From Guillardia theta CCMP2712 (lineage: Eukaryota > Protista > Cryptophyta): DNA of 64,000 bases. A program made the position numbers and the translations under genes. Positions within the stretch are counted from its first letter, which is position 1. Each line of letters opens with the position of its first letter. The DNA is taken from positions 20,381 through 84,380 of the forward strand of contig NW_005434513.1 in assembly GCF_000315625.1 (NCBI RefSeq), in the 5' to 3' direction. The notes under the pieces were generated by a model. The model ran no database searches. It saw only the letters and a list, made by a program, of their open reading frames with translations, and had not been told where the DNA came from. Below are positions 1-12,000 of this stretch, one piece after another.

Positions 1-319
1 TGGAAAGACTGACGAACGGTCGAACTGAACCCCCCTCCCCTCGCCCCGCCCCCGCCTCCTCGCTCCTCCTCCTCCTCCTCCTCCTCCTCCTCGCTCCTCC
101 TCCTCCTCCTCCTCCTCCTCCTCTTCTTCCTTGTCCTCCTACTCCTCCTCGCCTTCTTCTACTTCCTCTTGCACGTCCTCCTCCTCCCCTTCTTCTCCTC
201 CCCTCCTCTCCCCTCCCCTCCTCTCCCCTCCTCTCCTCTCCTCTCCTCTTCTCCTCCTCTCCTCCTCTCCCCCCGGTACGACGTGCAACTCTCCTCATCT
301 CACGTCATTCTCATCGCAG

Positions 320-1551
320 GCGCAGCTGACGAGAGTAGAAGACTTTCACCCTCTCACCATCGATTTTTCGTTGGACTCGATCTCAACAGCAGCTGATATG
401 AAAGGGTAACGCATGAGGAAGAGAAGAGAGGGAGGAGAGTGAGCGAGCAGGGAGGGAGGGCAGAGGGAGGAGAGGGGGAGGGGGAGAGGTTTTCTTTGTT
501 GGAAAGACAAGCGAGCTAGTTGCTTTCTTTCTCTGTCATCATGAACTTTCATCTCAGGATTTCTCTCAACCCGGGCTACGAGTACACGGTGAGAGGTACC
601 TGACGGCCCGTCTCTTTCCACTGAGACCCTCCAACAGTTTGAAGCTGTGGTGAGGATAGAGCCGGAGTTGTCGGAGATCGGAACCTCCCAGTACGGAGAG
701 GTCAGTGAACTCATCACGCAGACTTGTCTGCTGTTTCCGCTCACTGCCTTCAACTTCAAGCAGATGGTCGACTGGGTTTCTCGCGTTGTCCGGAAGAAAT
801 CATATGTCAATGCACTTGTACGTCCTGCCCTGCCCTTCCCTCGCCTCTCCTCTCCTCTCCTCCCTCCTCGTCTTCTTGCACTCACTCTGTGTTGTCCACA
901 AGGCATCTTCGGAAGCAAGCAACATCGCAAGAGTCCGTTACAAGATAATCTTCGACTCTACCGCCACCTACACCATCCGAGCATATCCCTTCTCTGCCTC
1001 CTCCTTTGTGCTGAGACTGGTGCCCTTGCCTCCTTTCCTTTCTCGCATCTTTCCTGCCTCAAGCTGTCTCCCTCTCCGTTCCTCTCCCTCCGCTCCCTTC
1101 TCTTCATCACTCACCCTTTCTCCTCCCTTCCCCTCCCCTTTCTCCTCTCCTCTCCTCTCCTCTCCTCTCCTCTCCTTCCTCCCCTCCCCTTTCTCTTCCC
1201 TTCCTCCATCATTTCCTCTCCCCCCCGCCTCTTCCTCCGTCTTCCCTTCTCTATTGTTTCCTTCCTCCCCCTGCCCCCTCCCCACCCCACATCCTCTCTC
1301 CTTCTCGCTTGCTCTCCTCTCCTCTTGACTCTTTCCCCTCCCAGTGCTCTGCCGTCCTCTTCTGGTACTTCGGGCTCTGTGCGCTGATCTACTTGCTGAA
1401 GCTGGTGAGATATCAAATGTTTCGCTTCCTGTCTGTCTGCTGAACAAGCGTCAAGGTCTACTGGGGAGTATACCTCCCTTCTCGATCCAAGACCAAAACG
1501 CAGCAGATAGTCGAGTTGGAGGCAAGGGTGAAGGCGTTGAAGAAGGAGTGA
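320..1551 (+). CDS. 3' part of a multi-exon membrane protein of unknown function (5' end outside or at the edge of the window)
   Basis: Short GT-AG-bounded exons join into ...FEAVVRIEPELSEIGTSQYGE...ASSEASNIARVRYKIIFDSTATYTIRAYPFSASSFVLRL|CSAVLFWYFGLCALIYLLKL|VYWGVYLPSRSKTKTQQIVELEARVKALKKE* (TGA 1549-1551). There is one C-terminal hydrophobic helix. Confidence 0.55.
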
Positions 1552-1750
1552 GAGGAAGGTTGTTTAGGAGATCGTAGAGAGGGACAAGAGCCAAGTTCAC
1601 ATGTAAAATCAACCATGCTTCATCACGATCGTACTTCTTCACCATCGACATCGTCATCGTCTTCACTGTAACTTTCTCCTTCTCCTTCCCCTCCCTCCTG
1701 TCTGCAAACAGCATGCATCAACACACTCTCACAAGCACCTCAAGCGCTCC

Positions 1751-2516
1751 TCACCTCTCAGCCGCAGACTTGGACCTTCTCTTCCTTCTTGCCTTTTGCT
1801 TCCTCTTCTTTATCGCCGCAGCGTCGTCCTTGCTCATACCGCTCCCTGACCTTGCCGCCTCGATCTTCTCCACTAGCTGTCGGAGAGCGATGAACCTGTT
1901 CTTCTCCCGCTCTCTCTCCCTCTGGCAGCTCACTTGCAGCCCTGTGGCTACGATGAAAAGCATCAGTCGAGCATGTACAGGAGGGCAGCAACTCACGTAG
2001 ATGCTTCATCTGAACATTGTTCGCTGTCTTGTTAATCTTCTGCCCTCCAGCCCCGGACCCTCTCACGAAGCTCTCCTCGATCTCCTCCAGCTTGATCCCC
2101 AGCTCCTCGATCTTGTCAAAGAGCGCATCCACCTTGCCCTGGCTGATGTCAAAGTTGTGGTATCGATTCAGGGAAATGCGCATTGCGGTGGACGCTGGTA
2201 ATCTAGTCCCTCCAGCAGGACTTACAAGCATTTCTTGCGTCAGTTTCGACCCCAAGACAGGACAAGAGCTCATCGGATCTGACAGGCTCCGGGGCCTCAT
2301 CATCGGATAACCCAGGAAACATGTTGGTACTGAGGCCAGGTGACCATGTCGACGCATGAGAAGAGCTCTGCACCCTCCCAGACTAAACATCATCATAGCC
2401 CACACAACGATCATCATTATCTTGTTGCTCATCATCATCATCCTCATCCTCATCATCTTGTTGTTGTTGTTCATCTTCATCTCCGTCGTCGCCGTCTCGA
2501 CTGTCCTTAGCTTCAC
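1751..2516 (-). CDS. Class-I peptide chain release factor-like peptidyl-tRNA hydrolase (RF-1 GGQ domain; ArfB/C12orf65-type ribosome rescue factor), probably organelle-targeted
   Basis: EESFVRGSGAGGQKINKTANNVQMKHL is joined across a 49-bp GT-AG intron (1996-1948) to PTGLQVSCQREREREKNRFIALRQLVEKIE, followed by a basic tail KKRKQKARRKRRSK. There is a hydrophobic N-terminal extension. The exact start is uncertain. Confidence 0.85.
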
Positions 2517-2775
2517 CGTCGTCCTCCCCCGCTAACCTACCATACTCTCCTTTTCACTTGTATGTGTTCACTGGGCTCCCCTCGGAGAGCTTTCTAATTT
2601 TAAGTAAAAACATTACTCAATAATTGAGACTCTCTAGCCCCAACCCCACAACCCCCCCCTTCCAATCATCTGACCCCCTACCCCTTCCCCCAGGTCCATA
2701 ATCCCTCTGAACCACCCATACTCCGACGAGGTTTTAACCACCCCTGAGGGGTCCTCAGGCACAAATCGGAACACC

Positions 2776-3177
2776 ATGCTCAACTCCGCTCTCCCTCGCT
2801 CCCGCTCCCCGCTCGACGTCTCTCCTCCCTCGGATACTCGGATCATCGTCACCGATTGTCCTCACGATCCTCTGCTCTTCACGACGCTCATCATACCGAG
2901 TCCCGCTGACCTCGATTTCTCTTCGTGTCCTCTGAATGAGTCACTGGCAGTGCTACGACAAGGTCATTGTGAAAGTGCGCAGCAAGGAGACGCGTCATGC
3001 TCCTCCATCGATCGCCGAACGCGATCATCCTCTCGATGGACTGAAGATGCTCGGATCAAGAAGAGCCGGTCGGTGGTCAGCCGTCTGGTGATGTCCGAGA
3101 ACGCGGAGAGAGGGGAGGATGGAGTGATCGAGGCTACGAGGGATACTGAGATGGACTGTCAGGAGCTGCATGGATGA
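2776..3177 (+). pseudogene. HTH-family paralog with internal deletion of the HTH core
   Basis: SSSRWTEDARIK joins directly to KSRSVVSRLV, whereas the intact copy at 4326 has ~40 aa between these motifs. Confidence 0.7.
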
Positions 3178-3252
3178 TCGCCGACCGGCTCTTCCCGTAC
3201 ATCCTCGCCAGGTCCCACTGCTGGACCGCCCACTGGCGCGTGGAGGAGGCCC
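3175..3252 (-). pseudogene. Inverted HTH-family fragment (AVQQWDLARMYGKSRSAI)
   Basis: Near-identical reverse-complement match to ~4790-4855. Confidence 0.8.
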
Positions 3253-4325
3253 CTTGTAGGCTGGAACAGATCAGCTTCGCCAGCACTGTTGAAGCAAGCG
3301 ATTGTTTGTTTGAAGTCAGAGCTGCATAAGACTGGATTGAAGGGGATGTCTGATTGTTGGACAGAGTGAGAGAGCAGGAGGACAAGAGGAGGAGCAAACG
3401 CTCGTCTCAGCCAAAGGAGTCGCGAAAAAGATTTCTTAGTCAGAGGAGGCAGAAATACAATCATTTGTCAACAGAAAGGGAGGAGGCACATCAGTCGTAG
3501 AGAAGTACTCGGAGACTTGGCTCTGAGTGAGAGGGTGAGTAAACAGGAAGGCGAAAGAAAACGTGCCAGGAGGAGAGAGGAGAGAGGAGAGAGGAGAGAG
3601 GAGAGAGGAGAGAGGAGAGAGGAGAGAGGAGAGAGGAGAGAGGAGAGAGGAGAGAGGAGAGAGGAGAGAGGAGAGAGGAGAGAGGAGAGAGGAGGAGAGG
3701 AGATGAGTAGTGGAGGAGGATGAGGAGGAGAAGGGGGAGGATGAGGACTGGACGTGTCAGGCTTATGGCGATTTTCAGTTCAAAAATCGAAAATGAGTGG
3801 TTTCGATTCACATCACGACCTTTGGATGTGAGAAGGCGGCGACCGGTAACATACCAGGAATAGGCCAAAAATCGAGCTGCAGGACCTGGCGAAGACATGG
3901 CTTCTTGCGTGATTAGTACTCTGTTACACCCTGTTACACCCTGTTACACTATATAAGTGACTTCGGCCTTTTGACGCACTTTCGAAGGAGACGGTAATTT
4001 TACTACTCCGAAAGACAACGTTTCGTATCAGAAAGTATCGTGACTTGGAGGAGGCCGTCAGCGGACACCTATGAAAACTGGCAACTCCAGTCTAAATTCG
4101 GCATCATTTCATACACGTTGACAGCTGACGGTCTCTCTTACTTTACTACCGTACCCTCAAGGGGAATCAGCGGGACACTTTACGCTGCCCTTATCAACTC
4201 CAACCCCCTTCCTTCATAGTTCCCTCAACCTCCACCCTCTCTCCTACTTCATCCTCTCCCTCGAACCTTGACGCCTTTAGCCTTCGCTGCTAAGTCCAAC
4301 TTCACATCTCTCCGCTTCTTCGCCC

Positions 4326-4964
4326 ATGGATCACAATGTCTTCTCTCTCCCCATCCCTCCACTCTCTCCACACGATGTCCTCCCAACTGAAGACATCGAC
4401 CTTGAAGAAGGCTCCGACGACTTGCTGTCCTTGCCATCGGACAAAGCTGACTCTACGGCTGACCTCGATGAGTTTGAAAGCTTGCTAGTTCTAGACGCAG
4501 CAAGTGATGCCAGCATGGCAGCTAACAGCTCGTCGTGCCGCGACTTACCGGCAGGCTCCTCTCGGGCACCTTCTCTTCAGAGCTCATCTCCATCCATCAA
4601 CGACGACTCATCGTCCCCCGGTGGCAACTCCCCTCAGGACTCAGGATCCGACCAGCCCTCGTCCTCCTCCCGCTGGACCCTCGACGCCCGCATCCAGCAC
4701 AGCGCCCTCTGCACCGGCAAGAAGCGCCTCACCTCTCAGCAGAAGACCGACATCGTCAGGCTCTACTACTCCTCCGGGGAGACGTCCAAGCGCCGGCGGG
4801 CGGTCCAGCAGTGGGACCTGGCGAGGATGTACGGGAAGAGCCGGTCGGCGATCAGCCGGCTGCTGAAGCCAGAGACGGCAGCGAGGATCATGAGGAGAGC
4901 AGGAGGAGAGACGGGGGAGGAAGTAGGGGAGGTGCTGGCGAGGATCGAGGCAGCGAAGAGATGA
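4326..4964 (+). CDS. Intronless solo helix-turn-helix protein (CENP-B N-terminal/pogo-Tigger/psq-like HTH) with acidic, Ser-rich N-terminus
   Basis: KKRLTSQQKTDIVRLYYSSGETSKRRRAVQQWDLARMYGKSRSAISRLLKPE fits the RKRLT-xx-K-x-I...LARxF/YG-x-S-x-S-x-I-S-x-I/L-L-K pattern of CENP-B-type HTH domains. No DDE catalytic domain follows. Confidence 0.7.
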   Translation: MDHNVFSLPIPPLSPHDVLPTEDIDLEEGSDDLLSLPSDKADSTADLDEFESLLVLDAASDASMAANSSSCRDLPAGSSRAPSLQSSSPSINDDSSSPGGNSPQDSGSDQPSSSSRWTLDARIQHSALCTGKKRLTSQQKTDIVRLYYSSGETSKRRRAVQQWDLARMYGKSRSAISRLLKPETAARIMRRAGGETGEEVGEVLARIEAAKR

Positions 4965-6146
4965 GCAGTAGGTCACCAGTACTCACTGTTGATAAATGTA
5001 CCTATGGCGCTTCAAGTCACTTTGCGGTATCAGCCAGGCTCCCGCCGGATCGGGGGCCGATGATCATGGCATCCGCCTCCGAGGCACTGTGCAGCCTGCC
5101 GCAGTGCCAACCGTGAACCCGGCGGCGGGGTGACCGTCGGACTGCCATGATGATGCGGCGAACCACTGAGTTAGCCTGTCACGGTACTACTGTCACAGTG
5201 GCCGGGCCGCCCGGGGCACTAAGTTTGAAAGCGTAGTAGCCTGGCTCAGATAGTACACCCCGGTCCGGTGGCACTGGCGGCGTCTGGCATCTCAGTATCA
5301 GCACCGCGGCGCAGCCGGGCGTCTCGGACCGTCACAGAGTCACCACAAGTTGAACGCCGCCGCCGGGCGGCGGGCCCCTGCGGGCCGGGCCCGATCATCA
5401 TGGCATCATGGCAGCAGTATGCAGCATACGCCGGGCCCGGCCGTCAGTCACCGTGACTCGGAGCCTCCGAGCCGGCCGGGCACTTGAAAGTCGCATCATG
5501 CCTCAACCATCGTATGAGTACCCCACGGTCCGACTACCACCCCCGCACTGGAAGTTAAAATGGCCATCCTTTTTTAAATTGCATTTTCGCACCAATAACA
5601 ATATACAACGTTTATATATATATTAAAAACATCTCTGTACCTGATATATGTAAACTCGCAGTACTGTATCACCCTGGAAGTATATATGCTTTTAAATTCC
5701 TTTTTGTACCACGCACTACCAATTGGCACGAAGACCCTAGCATAGGTATTCTCAGGGTGGTGGGGTACAACAAACTTACTTGGGCAGTGGTAGTGGTTTT
5801 TGACATAGGATGTCAATAGATAAAACGTTAGCAAATGGGGTATAAGCTGTGACTCTCATGCTCAGTTCTCTGAGGATCAACGAGGGGTGGGGTAGGGACT
5901 TTTCTTGACTTAGTTTTACTTTTAGTCACCAAAACCACCCCACCCTCTGATATCCAAGCGCCCTTTGACCTTGCAAACTACCCACCCTTGCGCCTCCAGT
6001 GCTCCGTGATACCACCCCACCTTTGGAATTTATTGTTATCGACTACCCCCTCTATCCTAGTCGATTGTACCCTGAAACACTACCCCTGGTTCCGAATCAA
6101 GATACCACCCATATCTGTGTGCCGGCCGATCTCCGACATTTGCCCA

Positions 6147-7540
6147 TGGCGACGGGTTGAGCGAGTACCATACCCCTCCTGCTTCACTGACCATCGACAC
6201 GCCTCCTCTTCGAGGTCCTCGGCGATTCCATCCTTCCTGCTTCCCTCTTCTGCGCTGCTCCTCCTTTCTGCCTACCATCCAACCTCTGGTTCTGCCGTAG
6301 CCGATTTCAACCTTCCTGCACAGCACACACGAACGATTGCATTCCTCGCTAGCGAACTTCAAGAATCTCTGGATTCGCAACCTACCTGATATCCTTGCAT
6401 ATTTGATTGCTTCTGGGAAAACAAAAGGAGGGTTTGTCCAGGAAATCACAACATAAACTGTTGTTTGGCGTCTAGCCCTCTTTCTTCTTTTGCTCCTGTT
6501 ACGTCGAGAAGAACTCAGCAGCTTGCAGAGAGTTCTGGACAGCTCTAGTGCATTCCGGTTGTACATCAGCACTGTGGAAAGCATCATGGCTGGTAGCGAT
6601 AGTGACAAGGACAAAGCTCTCCGGGACATGCAGGCAACACTAATCTGGCTGCGGTGACATGGCGCTGAGATACTCTTGACAACCCAGATCAAGTTGGCTG
6701 TGGCTCTAGAAAAGAACAAGGCGCTCGAGTCTGAGAATGAATATCTCAGGAAGATTCTTGTGAGTTGTTGTGTTTGAACCATGAGATGTTGTTTCTGACA
6801 ATGACTTGGAACAAAGAACACAAAAGGAAACTTAGGGAATGATTATGGAAATGGTTTGTTGATTTCATATGAAGAAAGCAAGACGTTGACGCAAGATTGC
6901 AGAAGATGAACTGAGGAAAATCAGGAAAGCTCTTAAAGCAGGTGAGCTGTGCGTAAAGTGCGGTGGTAGCATATGGCTCAAATGGCTTTGCATCAGCACG
7001 GGGGGAGATAGAGTCTCTCAGGGCCTTGCATGATACGTTTCTGGAAAATAGCTTTCACATGAAAGAGCTCGATATCATCAAGTACATGGTGAGTGTACAC
7101 AAGTCTTGTGGACTTCCATCTTGACTTGGCACACTAGGCGGAATATAAGAGGATCTTGTTACAGAGTGAGAGCAGCTCTCCTTGTCAGTTGAAGCAAGAG
7201 GAAGAGAAGGGCTGGATCAGCAGCAGCCAGGTGAAGCCCGAATTCCGAAGCAGCAGTGCCCCGTTGTTTGTCGGATCGCAGCGAGATCGCAATCTCGATT
7301 CAGAAACTTTGAATTCTCCCCCGGCAGTGCACAGCCCCTCGAACACTATGAATGGTACCAATGGATCACCTCAGGTGACAAGCTGATGGCGAGAAGTTCT
7401 GATACTGACTAGCTCCGTTCAGGGCCACAAGTATAGCAGAACAAATATCGATCATGCGAGACAGAGCAAGATTAGACAGAACGAAGTGGAATTAAGGAAG
7501 CGAACTTCGGCTGATGGATGTGTAGAGTTTGATTTCTAAT
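6147..7540 (+). CDS. Multi-exon hypothetical coiled-coil protein
   Basis: Exon-like segments between ~50-bp introns, e.g. IKLAVALEKNKALESENEYLRKIL and IAEDELRKIRKALKA. Boundaries are approximate. Confidence 0.45.
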
Positions 7541-7707
7541 ACTTACGAAGAAACTCCAATGATGTTCTCGACCATCGAAACATACTTGCTCGTTCATAGC
7601 CGCAATTCATAAAATTCAACATCATCGTCTTCTAGATTATGAAAAAGGTACCGAAACTGAAAAATATTGCAACACCCCCACGACCGAGGTCACTACATTC
7701 TTTCTGC

Positions 7708-8056
7708 TCAAGAAGACTTGGGGACAAGATCTGTTTGAGCACACGAATCAAACTCTGTCATCACCTTCAGTTCAACTCACCAAACGTCTGCCCGTTAATG
7801 GTCACCGTTCCAACTACCGGTTGTGCCTGTGCAACTGTCAGGGTACATGTGAGTTTGATGCTGCTCTTACCGTCGTGAACTTCACAGGGGTAGCCGAGCT
7901 GTAGACAGGAAGCTGCCACTGGGAAGGCGCCCAGGGATAGTAGACAGTGCCGGGCTGAGGCCAGGACAAGCCGTCATAGACTACAGGGTAAGAGTTGTAA
8001 TCTTGGAGTTGGGTCTGTTTCGCCTGCTCCATCGCTGCTCTGACTGTATTGAACAT
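7708..8056 (-). CDS. Small (~85 aa) three-exon hypothetical protein
   Basis: MFNTVRAAMEQAKQTQLQDYNSYPVVYDGLSWPQPGTVYYPWAPSQWQLPVYSSATPVKFTT|AQPVVGTVTINGQTF|DLVPKSS* with GTAAGA and GTGAGT donors. Confidence 0.55.
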
Positions 8057-8659
8057 CTGCGCATGAAGTTTCAGACGATCTATGGCAGTTTATGTTGGTT
8101 TGGCTCCATGAGGAGCGTAAACGGGAATTTCTGTACTTCCCAGAGGACAGCCATCTCTCGTATCGAATCAAGATCATTCTTCTAAGACAGGAGATAGGAG
8201 ACAAATATGCAACAACACCGCCAAGGTTTCTCCACAAACGTTCACTCATTCATTCTGTCTTGCATATTGGTCATCATAGAACTTTTGTTCTCCCTGAACA
8301 GGCAGCAACCTCTTGAAATCTTCGTAGACAGTATTTCTTATCATACATCTTGATTCTCATCCAGCATCAACTCCTCTCTTCTCTTTATCTAAGCTCGCTC
8401 CACTCTTCCATCTCCTCCTTCCCCCTCTCCCCATTTCCCCCTTCCAAATCTTCTAGCCGACATTTCCTCGACAGCTATTTCCGGGATGGTCAAATTTGAC
8501 CATGTTCCATTCACCCAGACGCGGGAGTTCCGAACTGGCGGGCCCGGAAGCGGCCCTAGCCACCGGGCCCGGGGTCCGGGGCCCGGCGGCCCAAAACTTT
8601 CGAACGGGCCTCGGCGGCGACTCACTGCTGAGTCACATCCCACTGCCGCTGCCGGAGCC

Positions 8660-8890
8660 GGGTGACGGAGCACAAGTTTGTTAGACTTGTACTGTGCCAA
8701 AGTTCGGAATGCAGACATCATATCGACCTTAGTTGCAACAACACAGTTCACTTTTGCTCAAGACCGAGTTTAATGCACACTGACACGAAACCAGAATTGA
8801 GAAGCACATGAGAGATAGACTGTATCATTATGCTACTAGGATGTGAAACCCAAGCATCCACACATGAGAGGACCTTAGCAAGACGGCTAG
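8660..8890. repeat. Dispersed ~220-bp repeat, inverted copy of 26258-26466
   Basis: For example ...ggatgtgaaacccaagcatccacacatgagaggaccttagcaagacggctag is the near reverse complement of ctagccgtcttgctaaggtcttctcatgtctggatgcttgggtttcacatcc... Confidence 0.85.
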
Positions 8891-9069
8891 GTACGGGAGA
8901 GTTTTGTTAACTCGGCGCTATCTGACTGGCACGGCTGGCACGAATGGCAGATCACTCCGGGCGCGGCTGGATTAACTGCTGTGCATCGTGATTGAACTGT
9001 TGGCTGCGGTAACTACTAGGCTAGTCTTTCAGTTCTTCTCGTCAGGCATGCAGCAGTCACAGCGGCTGC

Positions 9070-12000
9070 TCAGAACGGGAGCGGCTTCTCCTCGGACATG
9101 GACTCCAGCTTGCTCGTCAGCTCCGTAGAGGTTCGCCGCGAGATTCCGCCGGAGGATCGTCCGTCGCCGAGCCGCATGCTCGCCCGTCGCTCCCTGAAGA
9201 ACTCGGAGAGGTCTGGCAGGTTGACGGGAGTGAGCCGAGGAGGAGGAAGAAGAGGAGGATGGAGGAAGCTGGTAGAATGAGGAAGGGCCAGAGGGGTGAG
9301 TGAAGAGCAAGGGAAAGAAGGGAAGAGGAGCGATGAGAGACGGGACAGGATTAGGGGACAGCAGGACAGAAGAGGAGCAAGGAGGTAAACCGGGAACAGG
9401 GAGGGAGGAGGAGAGGTGGAGGAGAGGAGGAGGAGAGGAGGAGAGGAAGAACATGGGCGTACCATCGTAGAACTCAGCGTTCCTAGGAGTGTTGACGCTG
9501 CATAATGAAGGAGCAGGTAGCGTCCCTTCCTCCTCAGACTACAAGGAGAGTCAAGAAGCAAGAGGAGAAAAGAGGAGGAGGAGGTAGGAGGAGGAATGAA
9601 AGGAGGGGAGAAGACGGTGGGGAAGGTATGGGAATATTATTAGGAGCAGGGGAGGGCAGGAGAGAAGCGAGTTGAGGTAGGGAAGGAGTAGGGTGAGAAT
9701 GAGCTGTGAAGCAAGGGAGGAGGAAGCAAGGGAGGAGGGAGGAGGGAGAGAGGAGGGAGGGAGGTGGGAGGGAGGGAGGAGAGAGGAGGGAGGAAGGATG
9801 GAGGAAGTGAGCAAGACGGGGATCAAGGTAGATCGACCTCAACGCTTGCAGCAACTCGCGGAAACCATCGCAGCTGAAGCCTCAACCTGGCCTTGTCAAG
9901 CATGATCCGTTTCCTCCCCTGCCTGCTCAAAGCCGCCTTGCTCTCCTCCAGCTTGAACCAGCGATCGATCATCCTGTCCTCGATCCCCTGCCCTGACTTG
10001 GCATGCTCTGCCAAGAACTCCTGGATGATGTCCTGGATGGAGATGGTGGTTACACCCACGAAGCGCATGCTTCTCCCCTTTTCGTCCTTGCTGTCATGCA
10101 CGCTGAGATCGATGCTGCCCTCCTTGTCAAGAACAAAGAAGTCAGACCGAAAGTTCCAGTGCGGGCTCGTGAGGTTCCTGCAGAGGTGCGAAGTTTGCGA
10201 CTCTCCCTGTGACTGGATGGTTATGAAGCATCCCCACCTCTCCTCCTCCCCTGCTGCTAGGCCGTCCTCTCCCTCCCCTCCTCCGCCCTCAGTTCCAGCA
10301 GGGAGGCGCGGGGGGAGGACGGCTTCAATGGAAGTGATGGAGAGCATGCCGAGAGGAGGGTTGAACGCGTTCTCAGGAGACAGGAGGGTGAACATGCGAT
10401 CGTCGGAGTTGACAATCAAGGAAGCGTCAGGGTTGGTGATGACGTAGGGACGGGGGCTGACGTCATCGGTGGGATTCTTCCTGTAGAGGCCCAGGGGGAG
10501 GCTGGACCTCTTGCTGACGAGATACTGGAACAGCTCCTTATATGTCTTGCCCTCGAAGCTCGAGGGGACGATGAGAGAGTAGAGCTGATTGGCGGGTCAG
10601 TGAATGGCACGGGGAGGAGATGGAGGGAAGTGCAGGAGGAGGAGGAGCAGGAGGAGGAGGAGGAGGAGGAGGAGGAGGAGGAGGAGGAGCAGCAGCAGCA
10701 GCAGGAGGAGGAGAAACAGCAGCAGCAGTAGCAGGAGGAGGAGGAGAAACAGCAGCAGCAGTAGCAGGAGAAACAGCAAGAGCAGGAGGAGGAGGAGGAG
10801 GAGGAGGAGGAGGAGGAGGAGAGCAGGAGAGCAAGAGAGCACCAGCAGCAGAAAGAGGAGGAGGGGCTCACCACTGACGGGGTGACGTCATTCTCGAGGA
10901 AGCTGGACTGATCGACCCCACCGCTGATGACGAGCTCGCGGAGGATGGGGAGGAGATGCTCGTTGTACATGCACTGAGACATGAGACGGTCGATGACCGA
11001 GTTGAGGAAGACATGGCCGGCGGCGAAGGGAGGGCACAGAGTGATCTCGGACTCGGAGTCAGTACGGTCTTCCTGCATCAAGAACATGATGTTGTCGCTG
11101 TTGCGGATCTGACAGATGATGTTGGCGTTGGGATGGATGGACAGGATAGAGCGGTAGGTGAAGATGCTATCAGCGTCCATGAGCCTTGACAACGCCTCCT
11201 CCTCGCTGTTCTTGGCGTGCTTGCCGTTGGTCCGAACGTCGCTAGTTGCGCCTGATAGGATGATGGCCTTATCCAGCCCCAGGACCCCAGCGCGGACGAG
11301 GTCACGCTGGTCGAGGGGGGTACCTTGAACGAAGAAGACGTCGGGAAAGTGAGCAAGGTGCTGCCACCAGACGGGGGAAGGGATTTCGGGGAAGAGGATG
11401 ACGATAGCTTGAGAAGCAACGTGCTTGCTTCGCAACGTCTTCACAAACTCCTGGATGGAGTTGATGTTTCCACACTGACAATGCAGTCAGGAACGAAGTT
11501 CGATCGTCGTTGTCATCATAATCATCTCCATCTCCATCTCCATCCCCATTCCCAACATCATCTTCATCATCATTATCATCATCGTAATCATCTTCTTCGT
11601 CCTCGCCTCAACCTCAACCACAACCATTATCACCATCACCATCACAACAACAACAGCACAGGCTGCAACAACAATCATCTCTTCTTCACCAGAAGCACAT
11701 GGTTCTGTCTGTTCTCTTCGCTGTGCTTCCATGCCCAGGGGTCACTCGCTCTCCCCGGGCTGCTTCCGAACTCAACGGGCGTGTCAAGGAACTGATACTT
11801 CCTCATCATCCTCGCGTTGGTGACTGAGGCGAGCTCGCACAAGTCGCCGTCTGCCACCTGAACTTCCCTGTGGTTGTCGATAGCCTCCCTCTCCTTCATG
11901 TGCTCGAACGGCTCCAGACATCCGTCGACCAGCCGGAACGTTGAGAGTCTGACCGCGTCCTCGATGTCGTCACCTGAAGCCTTGTGCTGAGAAGAGGAAG

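Noticed and set aside
900-1551. Weak resemblance of the first gene's C-terminus to Erv41/Erv46 ERGIC proteins
   Set aside because: Only topology and a few residues match, and the terminal LKKE is not a canonical KKxx signal.
4326-4964. Calling the HTH genes an autonomous pogo/Tigger transposon
   Set aside because: No DDE domain, terminal inverted repeats or TA target duplications could be identified.
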